Positions 57,152 through 64,000 of a DNA stretch of 64,000 nt are shown piece after piece. Every line of letters begins with the position of its first letter. The stretch's first letter is position 1. The translations under genes were made by a program, and so were the position numbers. Origin of the DNA: an uncultured virus (IMG/VR IMGVR_UViG_3300006467_000155) (lineage: Duplodnaviria; Heunggongvirae; Uroviricota; Caudoviricetes); the IMG/VR virus record IMGVR_UViG_3300006467_000155. One strand, written 5' to 3'. The notes below the pieces were generated by a model. That model was not told where the DNA came from. It did not search any database and was given only the letters and a program-made list of their open reading frames with translations.

Positions 57152-57565
57152 TCAACTGACGAGCATCAACAGCTTCTTGTAGGTCTCCTGCTTCAACTGG
57201 GCCTTTACTTCCGGGGACACGATGATCTTACCGTCATCCCGCTTGGTGCCCGTAGCGATCTTGGCGTCATTCTCGTCTTGGACGATATTGAATACCTTGT
57301 CCGGGTCCAGCCCCATGGCGATCAGGGTTCCGTAGGAGATCACCAGCTTGTCCGCCAACTCCTTGGCCAGATGAGCCCGGTCCTTCGCACTGGTGCCCTC
57401 ACTCTCGGCATAGTTGTGCAGGGCCTCGATCATTTCCATGTGCTCCTCGGTCTCCAACCGGTGCCTCAGGCACAGCACATCAAAGGGCATGGGCTCATTG
57501 GCCGGTAGGTCTACCTGTTGCCCGCCCATGTTCATGAACTGCTTTACCCGTTGTGCGTTAGTCAT
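57152..57565 (-). CDS. MazG-superfamily NTP pyrophosphohydrolase (PRA-PH-like)
   Basis: VKQF...GQ, LR.RL..EE..E, KELAD.L..SYG, N.AK....KRDDGKI. Confidence 0.8.
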   Translation of the reverse strand: MTNAQRVKQFMNMGGQQVDLPANEPMPFDVLCLRHRLETEEHMEMIEALHNYAESEGTSAKDRAHLAKELADKLVISYGTLIAMGLDPDKVFNIVQDENDAKIATGTKRDDGKIIVSPEVKAQLKQETYKKLLMLVS

Positions 57566-57568
57566 TGC

Positions 57569-58243
57569 TTAACCCCTCAGCCTTAGTATGTGAAATAGCT
57601 CCGCATAGGAGCATCCTGATTCCACGCCCCGCAAACGGGCCAATGCCTTGGCACCTTCCAGAGAGATTTGCTCGTTCTCCCCCCTCATCTGCGATTCATA
57701 GCATTTCAGTGCCTCTAACTTTAGGTCCAACTGCTCGCTTATGTCCACATACAATCCTCCACGGAAGGCACTCATGTCTGAGCCCGGGCCCCAGCCTGTC
57801 AGTGGGTACTCATAGGCGGCGATCATCCTTGGGTTGTGCTTGGCAGGGCTTGGTCTCGTACTGGCGACACAGGCCTCCCAGACTGTCCGGTGATCCTGAT
57901 GCGCTGATGGCAGTGGAATCAATACCTCGTCTGGCTTGTAGTGTTCCTGTATCTCATCCAACTGCTTCACCAAGTCACTCATCGGGTGCAGGTGGAGCTT
58001 ACCGTCCATGTTCAGGGTCAGGGTGTGGTAGCCCGTCACCCCCAGACATTCGAGAGCCCTTCGGAACTCGCTAATTCTGTCCTCATGGGATACCTCAGTG
58101 CTGTTATGCAGAAACTTGATGGAGGACACCGTAGCCACGACCACGATGACTTCCCACCCTTGCTGTATCTTCTTCGCCATGTAACCGCCGACGCCCAATT
58201 CAGAGTCATCACAATGCGGCGACACCACCATCAGCAAACTCAT
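57569..58243 (-). CDS. PIG-L/LmbE family N-deacetylase
   Basis: SPHCDDSELGVGG, R..E...A, HQDH, YE, K..AL.CY.SQ. Confidence 0.92.
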   Translation of the reverse strand: MSLLMVVSPHCDDSELGVGGYMAKKIQQGWEVIVVVATVSSIKFLHNSTEVSHEDRISEFRRALECLGVTGYHTLTLNMDGKLHLHPMSDLVKQLDEIQEHYKPDEVLIPLPSAHQDHRTVWEACVASTRPSPAKHNPRMIAAYEYPLTGWGPGSDMSAFRGGLYVDISEQLDLKLEALKCYESQMRGENEQISLEGAKALARLRGVESGCSYAELFHILRLRG

Positions 58244-60128
58244 TCTTCTTCTCCTGTTTCTTGGATACCTGCTTCACAGACTCAGGCATGTTGTTCGGGT
58301 TGATTTTGTGCCGTGCCCATAGCTCGGTTCTTGTCGTTAAGCCATGAACGACACCAGCCAGTGCATCGGATATGTCCTTACTTGAGTGGGCCGGGTGGTC
58401 CACCTTCCCTTTCTTGAAGTCGTATTCAATGGAGAGCAATTCTTTCCGCAGCTTCGCGTGCTGGGGCAGGATTATGCGCCTGTCCCCGAGGGCAGACTTC
58501 AGCATGGCATAGGGCCGAATATCTGTGTCCATGGATTTCTGGCCCGTCAGGAAGCCCCCCTGCCGCAATACCTGAATGCTGTCTACGGACTGGTAGGAAT
58601 CGAAGGACACCCACTTGATGTTGACCTTCAAGGCCTGCTTCAGCTTGTAGAGGATGCTCCGTATCTTGTGGTACTCGATCTCCCCATTGGGCGGCGGGCT
58701 CACTTCCAGCACTCCATCCACAATGATGTTTGGCCAGTACTCGATACAGTCCCCCCGGTCCAGCTCCACGAACTTATCAATGTACCCAATCACCACACCG
58801 GTACTGTCACCGGTCACCGACAAGTCGATGTGGCACCACCGGGGCTCGTCAAGGTTCTTGACCTTGGTCGGGTACAGCAAGAGCTTACTGGTTACGAAGT
58901 CAACTTGTTCACGGCTGAACACGCTGGCGTGCTTATGGGCCATGGCGTCCGTCACCGAATCTGTGTCTGAGATATACGGGCTGGCGGCCAGAGTCGAGAT
59001 GCCGGCAATCTCACGGAGAGAGTTGAGGATGTCCTTCTTGAAGTCATCCCGGTACTCCACAGGGATGTGCCACACCATGTGCTCGTTCTCCGGGTCGATC
59101 TTCTCGTCCGGCGTGATCAGGTGTGGCTTCCGGTACTCGTCGCCAATGAAGATCGGGAACGTGTTGCCTGAGTAGGTGCCTTTCGGGGCAATCTCCCACA
59201 CACGCTTGTCATAGACGTAAATGTCAGACTTCCCATACAGGGCGATCTGTTCCTTGGCCTGCTGTTCCTTAATGTCAGTGAACTGGCCCGGGTAGCGTTT
59301 CGAGGAGACCAGACAGAGCATCCCGTACACCTTACCGCCCTTGGTGAAACGAGACTTCCGGCGACGAGCAATCGAGTTGTAGAGGGCCCACGCTTGGTCG
59401 AACACACCACCGTCCACACTGCTCTTGGAGTCCTCCACCACGGCCATGTAGTTCACCTCATCCAGTACGCCACCCATGACGTTCTGACCAATGGCTGCAG
59501 TCTCCTGCCCGGACAGGGGCACCACTTCTATGCGATCCGGGAACACGATTCTGGATTCCAAGTCCTTGTCGAACGGGTAGACCTCGGTGAAGTAGTGGCT
59601 CCTCTCCAATAGGGACCGGAACCGGTTGTACTCCAACTGCTTGGCATGGCTCGCACTGAGGGACTGGAACACAAAGAGGATTTCGTGACTTGGGTCAAGA
59701 TCGAAGAACCGGTGCGGGTCTTTCATGCAACTGAGCACATACAGGTTATACGCGATCAGGTAGTGGGCACAGGTGGTCTTACCAGAGCCGATACCTCCGG
59801 TCAGCACGGTCTCCACGTAATCCCCAGTCGTCATCTCCTTCAGTGCTTCCATGACCACCGGGTACACGGTGTCCTTGGCATTCAGGTAGAACGGGTCTTC
59901 AATAAAGGTCTGAATATCTACAGGCTGGTATTTGAACGCGGTAATCTGCTCAAACACCCCGGTCTTCCCGGTCAGCATCCCCATGATGATGTTCTCGTAC
60001 CATGAGAGCCTGTGCTTGGGGCTGTCAATGGTCGCCCCTATGTTGTAGATGGTCTCGCCCTTCCGACCCAGTACCTTCATCAGGACTTTGTGTGCCTGTT
60101 CGTTACTGGTCAGGGTTATCTGTTGCAT
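58209..60128 (-). CDS. terL: Terminase large subunit
   Basis: Walker A GGIGSGKT, Walker B GVLDE, nuclease HIDLS...D and KDISDALAG; likely ATG at 60128. Confidence 0.88.
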   Translation of the reverse strand: MQQITLTSNEQAHKVLMKVLGRKGETIYNIGATIDSPKHRLSWYENIIMGMLTGKTGVFEQITAFKYQPVDIQTFIEDPFYLNAKDTVYPVVMEALKEMTTGDYVETVLTGGIGSGKTTCAHYLIAYNLYVLSCMKDPHRFFDLDPSHEILFVFQSLSASHAKQLEYNRFRSLLERSHYFTEVYPFDKDLESRIVFPDRIEVVPLSGQETAAIGQNVMGGVLDEVNYMAVVEDSKSSVDGGVFDQAWALYNSIARRRKSRFTKGGKVYGMLCLVSSKRYPGQFTDIKEQQAKEQIALYGKSDIYVYDKRVWEIAPKGTYSGNTFPIFIGDEYRKPHLITPDEKIDPENEHMVWHIPVEYRDDFKKDILNSLREIAGISTLAASPYISDTDSVTDAMAHKHASVFSREQVDFVTSKLLLYPTKVKNLDEPRWCHIDLSVTGDSTGVVIGYIDKFVELDRGDCIEYWPNIIVDGVLEVSPPPNGEIEYHKIRSILYKLKQALKVNIKWVSFDSYQSVDSIQVLRQGGFLTGQKSMDTDIRPYAMLKSALGDRRIILPQHAKLRKELLSIEYDFKKGKVDHPAHSSKDISDALAGVVHGLTTRTELWARHKINPNNMPESVKQVSKKQEKKNEFADGGVAAL

Positions 60129-60792
60129 CGTCAACTGCACTCCATTCTGCGTCTTCGGCATCCACGGTGTCTGTCCACCCCAACAGGCCAAGCTCCTTCA
60201 AGGCCTGCTCGGTCGCCTTACTGATCTTGTCCTGCTGATCCTTCTCGAATTCCAAGTTCTGGTAGCCACGCTCTGTGGTCTCGTGAGTCACCCGGGCGTC
60301 CAGTCTGTGCGCTGCCCGGTGGAGAATGCCGGTCTCCAATTGCAGTTTACCCAGATCATTCAGGGTATCTTTGAGAAGGCGTACTTCCATGTTCAGTTGC
60401 TTGGAGAGGGTTGGCATCTTCTCCTCGAAATCCAAGCCTTTCTTCAAACGCTTCTTCTGGATGCCAATCAGTTCGGCCATCTCTTGCGCCACGTCCAATT
60501 GCTTGTCGAGCTTGTCCAGTATCTCGGTGCGCTTCTCCGCGTCCGGGGAGTCCTTTAGCAGAGCCATCTGGTTGCTCAGCTCGGATTCCTTGTACCGGGC
60601 CAACTGCTTGACCAGTGTGTGGTGCTTCACGTCCTGAAACTCGCCCCACTCCTCCTGTATCAGGCGAGCTACCAGTACAGGCCCATCACCCCGGAGCATC
60701 CGGTACTCAATGGTCGCCATACGCTCAGGGCCAAGCCCCCGGAGGCGAGTGTAGGCTGTCGTCTTTCTCGCTTTATTGGGTTTCTTGGCCAT
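60103..60792 (-). CDS. Putative terminase small subunit
   Basis: Helical, N-terminal HTH-like plus coiled coil, directly upstream of terL. Confidence 0.6.
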   Translation of the reverse strand: MAKKPNKARKTTAYTRLRGLGPERMATIEYRMLRGDGPVLVARLIQEEWGEFQDVKHHTLVKQLARYKESELSNQMALLKDSPDAEKRTEILDKLDKQLDVAQEMAELIGIQKKRLKKGLDFEEKMPTLSKQLNMEVRLLKDTLNDLGKLQLETGILHRAAHRLDARVTHETTERGYQNLEFEKDQQDKISKATEQALKELGLLGWTDTVDAEDAEWSAVDDATDNPDQ

Positions 60793-60794
60793 GC

Positions 60795-61634
60795 TCAGAA
60801 CTCAGCGTCTAGGAAGTCCAGTGTCGGAGTTTCCATGTGATCCGGAATCTCCACCTCGGGGCAGGCCGCAATGATCTCCTGCAGGTTGTCGGTCCCGGTT
60901 TTCTCAAGCTGCAGGATCAGTGCCTCCATGATGCTGTCCATGGCCCGGTTCTCGTTCTTGCAAGTGCCGGCCAACTTGAGGAAGGCAGACTTCTGCTTCG
61001 GGCTCATGCGTAACCAGATAGAATCCTTCCCACCGAAATCTACAATCATGTAGTTGTAGTCCAGCGTGTCGCCGTACTCAGCAAACATCTTGTTGAGCAG
61101 GGTCGCCAGATCATCAATGGTCTTGATCTCCTTACTGGCTTCTTTGAATTCCTGCTTCATTTCTGGGGGCAGGGACTCACCGGTCTGTTTCACCAGCCGC
61201 TTGAATTCCTCCTCAGAGGCAAAACCCATCATCTCCTGAAGCACATCGTCCTTGTACTTCTCGCTCAGTTCATCGTAGAGCTTGGTGAACTTCTGTGGGG
61301 AAATCTGACCATGGATGGTGTTCAGCTTCACCATCTGGAACTTCTCAAGGTCTTCCCCCAACTGGGCGTTATCCACGATGGTACAAGGCACCTTGGTAAA
61401 CCCGATCAGCTTGCCAACCTCCAAGCGGTGGTGGCCACCCACGGCACGATAGGTTCCATCGCCCAAGTCCACGGCATAGATGGGGTCAATGAAGCCCCCC
61501 TCCTCGATGCTGTCATAGAGCAGGTTGAACTGGCCGTCCGTCATTTCGTTGGGGTTGTCTTCGTTCGGGATCAGCTTCGTTACGTCAATATCTTCCCGGC
61601 GCAGTTGCTTCGTGCGCTCAATCGCCTTACTCAT
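60795..61634 (-). CDS. ParB/Srx N-terminal domain protein
   Basis: IDV.KL.PN..NPN, I...GF.DPI, Y....GHHR. Confidence 0.85.
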   Translation of the reverse strand: MSKAIERTKQLRREDIDVTKLIPNEDNPNEMTDGQFNLLYDSIEEGGFIDPIYAVDLGDGTYRAVGGHHRLEVGKLIGFTKVPCTIVDNAQLGEDLEKFQMVKLNTIHGQISPQKFTKLYDELSEKYKDDVLQEMMGFASEEEFKRLVKQTGESLPPEMKQEFKEASKEIKTIDDLATLLNKMFAEYGDTLDYNYMIVDFGGKDSIWLRMSPKQKSAFLKLAGTCKNENRAMDSIMEALILQLEKTGTDNLQEIIAACPEVEIPDHMETPTLDFLDAEF

Positions 61635-63135
61635 GGTTCTTCCCCTTCACGTTGCCCATTGCTCCGGGGGCTACCCCGGTATCCTTCAGTCCGTGTTTTG
61701 ACATTAATGTCAAACGTACACTGTTCCAATCCGTCGAATAGACCAGCCGGTACTTGGAGCGGATGCCTGTGGTAGCTTTCTCCAAGAACGTGGTCACGTC
61801 CCCATAGGTCAGGGCCATGGCCTCCACCGCTTCAAAGATAGTGGGCTGTCCTCCCTCCAAGAATTCCGGAAGGCGGTCCACCAGATCGTTCTGGGTGGTG
61901 TTGTTCTCACCCCACTCTTTCAGGTCTTTCTTCCACTGCTCTACTTGGGTATCGACAATCTCCGGGGTGTACTCCTTGTTGCGCTCCAAGAGCAGGGGCA
62001 GGAAGTGGTTACGGGACCAGCCCACGAACTTTTTGTACTGGGTTGCGTAATCATCGTAGAAGGCTTTGATGACTCCATAAGCCTCCTTGGCGTTCTTGAT
62101 GAAGAATGGGTATTCCTCCCCCAACGAGGCCACGGACCACTCGCACTTATACACGGCAATCGGCAGGCCCATGGTCAGTGGTTCAATCACCGACATGGAG
62201 TAGTCCTCCTCGACGCTCAGGAACACCCCTACGTCTGATTCTTCTTTCACAATGCGCCAGAATTCTTCCCGGGGAGCCGGGACCACGTTCACGAACTCAG
62301 GGACTTTGATGCCAGCCCCCACGCCCTTGGAGGCCGATGTCAGCACACAGTTCACCGGATGCTTGTCGTTGTTCCTCATGATCCAGTGCTTCGACATAAT
62401 ATCCAGTATCTCCTCCATGCGGTGGCCTTTGACCAACCGGCCCGAGAAGGAAATGGTAAACGGCTTCTTGCGGTTGATGGTGGCTTCCACGGTCTTCTTG
62501 CTCTTGAACTGAACATCGTGGAACAGGGACGGGGTGGCTTCGACTATGTTGTTGCCAATCTTCCGGGCGCTCGACGGGCTAAAGTGTTTCTTCGCCAGCT
62601 CCATGATCTTGGCTTTCTCCCAATAGGCACAGATCGCCACCTTGTCAGCAGTCAGATACCCCAACATGGTCAGGTAGTCTGAGTAGTCTCCCGGTGGCGT
62701 CTGCACAAATCCCTTGAAGCTCATCATCGGCATGTCTTCTAGGATCACGATCTTCCGGCACCACTTCAGCCGTTGGGCTCTCGGCTTGCAGCAGATCATC
62801 CGGTACAGGGGAACCATGGCGGACTTGTTCGTTACCAGAATATCCCAGTCCCAGTAGTCGCCATCAAAGGCAATCACGTTCTCAAGGTCAAAGGCCAGTC
62901 GGCTGTACTGCTTGTACCGGTCCAGCTCCTCATCCATCTGCAGGGGGATATACATGATCCGGTCACTCTGGGGCAGCCAGTTCAGTTCCTCGGCAGGCAG
63001 ATCGTTGGGGACAATCCAGTAGAAATAGGCGTCATCGTACTTCTCTGACAGGTGTTCAAATACCCTTACCATCTTGATCGTTGAGGCACACCTTGAGGGT
63101 AAAGTCGTATAGATGGGGTCAAGCAGTATCTTCAT
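61627..63135 (-). CDS. GT-B fold glycosyltransferase-like protein
   Basis: MKILL start, ISFSGRL.K, SDVGVFLS.EEDYSMSVIE.LTMGLP. Confidence 0.7.
   Translation of the reverse strand: MKILLDPIYTTLPSRCASTIKMVRVFEHLSEKYDDAYFYWIVPNDLPAEELNWLPQSDRIMYIPLQMDEELDRYKQYSRLAFDLENVIAFDGDYWDWDILVTNKSAMVPLYRMICCKPRAQRLKWCRKIVILEDMPMMSFKGFVQTPPGDYSDYLTMLGYLTADKVAICAYWEKAKIMELAKKHFSPSSARKIGNNIVEATPSLFHDVQFKSKKTVEATINRKKPFTISFSGRLVKGHRMEEILDIMSKHWIMRNNDKHPVNCVLTSASKGVGAGIKVPEFVNVVPAPREEFWRIVKEESDVGVFLSVEEDYSMSVIEPLTMGLPIAVYKCEWSVASLGEEYPFFIKNAKEAYGVIKAFYDDYATQYKKFVGWSRNHFLPLLLERNKEYTPEIVDTQVEQWKKDLKEWGENNTTQNDLVDRLPEFLEGGQPTIFEAVEAMALTYGDVTTFLEKATTGIRSKYRLVYSTDWNSVRLTLMSKHGLKDTGVAPGAMGNVKGKNHE
61699..61712. repeat. 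14-bp palindrome copy (exact, intragenic)
   Basis: Encodes LTLMS. Confidence 0.95.
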
Positions 63136-63366
63136 GTACTCTCGCCTTTTTGGTTGGTTTCCTTCCCCCAAGGCGTGTATTGCGGGGCCTCAGGGCAATC
63201 GGTTCAAATCACTCAGGGTGTCTAGGATACTTTAGACTCCCTAGACATTGAAAGGACACTTTCAAAGGAGCATAGGACATTTCTGGCGGGATTATAAGTC
63301 AGGAGGGGAAACTTTTTGTCTATAGGCTATTGGGGGATTTCCTTTTCCCCCAAAAATATCAATGAG

Positions 63367-64000
63367 TCAGTCGTCTTTGGGTAACGGTGTCCATGGGACT
63401 ACAGTGTCGTCCTTCAGCAGATAGTCGAACAACAGGGTTCTGCATCTCACCGCCCCCAACTTGAACACCCAGTCTATCCAACTGACGGTCGGGTCGATCA
63501 TGGGGAACTTGCCTTCCCTGTAGTGGACTTTGAACTTCTGATAGAACAGTTCGATGTTTCGTTTCTCGAAGGGCTCAGGGTCAAAGTAGTCATCCATGGA
63601 TTTCAGGCCTTGGATGTATCCTTGGTTATCTGTTTCCTCCACAAGTTGAGCTATCCACTCACAGGCGTTATCTGGTCTTTCCCCCACCAACATGGTGCTT
63701 GGGTGTATCCGGGCAGTGAGTTTCAGGACTCTGGCCATCAGGGTATAACTGGCGTACCCCACATCCGCAAAGGTCATGGTCTTGTAGTGGGGCAAGATGC
63801 TATCCCCCCACTCAATCAGGTAGGGCATCAGCTCGTCGTAGTACCGGGTCTTTCGGTAGGTCAGTTCCAGTGTGGTGAGTAACTTCCCCCACCAATCCGG
63901 AAAGTCCTTCAGGAAGGTTTCATTGAAGTTCTTTCTGCTACCCCCACTCTTGTCGAGGGGAATGGAGATTACCTGCAGGCCGTTCTTCGTCCCCAAGGTG
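63367..64000 (-). CDS. WbqC-like family protein (5' end outside the window)
   Basis: ISIP...W..K....L..TY.KT.YY, YI.G....DY.D...F....I.L.YQ.F, P.VSWID.VF..G. Confidence 0.7.
   Translation of the reverse strand, partial: TLGTKNGLQVISIPLDKSGGSRKNFNETFLKDFPDWWGKLLTTLELTYRKTRYYDELMPYLIEWGDSILPHYKTMTFADVGYASYTLMARVLKLTARIHPSTMLVGERPDNACEWIAQLVEETDNQGYIQGLKSMDDYFDPEPFEKRNIELFYQKFKVHYREGKFPMIDPTVSWIDWVFKLGAVRCRTLLFDYLLKDDTVVPWTPLPKDD

Noticed and set aside
1770..61712. Palindrome copies as a CRISPR array or integron attC cassettes
   Set aside because: Copies are kilobases apart and many lie inside essential genes; no cas or integrase gene is present and there are no attC R/L boxes.
33..63882. Plus-strand ORFs in the track (e.g. 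30931..31809, 42435..43346, 52978..54015)
   Set aside because: They are antisense shadows of well-supported minus-strand genes, with no recognisable motifs.
1..64000. tRNA/rRNA genes, integrase, DNA polymerase, and host or taxonomic assignment
   Set aside because: None recognisable in this window. The host looks Gram-negative-like from the lipoprotein, CsrA and sigma70 signals but cannot be named from sequence alone.

Overview
The window is 64 kb of a tailed dsDNA bacteriophage genome, siphovirus-type (tail tube, G/T chaperone frameshift and tape measure present, no sheath seen). Essentially every credible gene is on the minus strand. Reading in transcription direction (right to left): (1) a WbqC-like, glycosyltransferase, ParB-N, terminase small and large, PIG-L deacetylase and MazG-like cluster (64-57 kb); (2) about 16 kb of small early-type genes behind repeated sigma70-like promoters (57-40.6 kb); (3) the head, neck and tail module with a very long, paralog-rich tail-tip/fibre region (40.5-8.7 kb); (4) lysis genes (8.7-6.6 kb); (5) an accessory block with a BRCT protein, a C-terminally non-canonical PPDK-like dikinase, a CsrA-like protein and two CX5R phosphatases (6.5-0 kb). 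The strongest unexplained signals are non-coding. An exact 14-bp palindrome TGACATTAATGTCA occurs 12 times, with 6 near copies, spread every ~1-6 kb both upstream of promoters and inside genes in different reading frames. There are ten TTGACA-N17-GATACT promoters. Covarying RBS hairpins with an AAGGA loop match the CsrA/RsmA target structure, in a phage that carries its own CsrA-like gene. All protein calls are from motif recognition by eye; no database searches were run.
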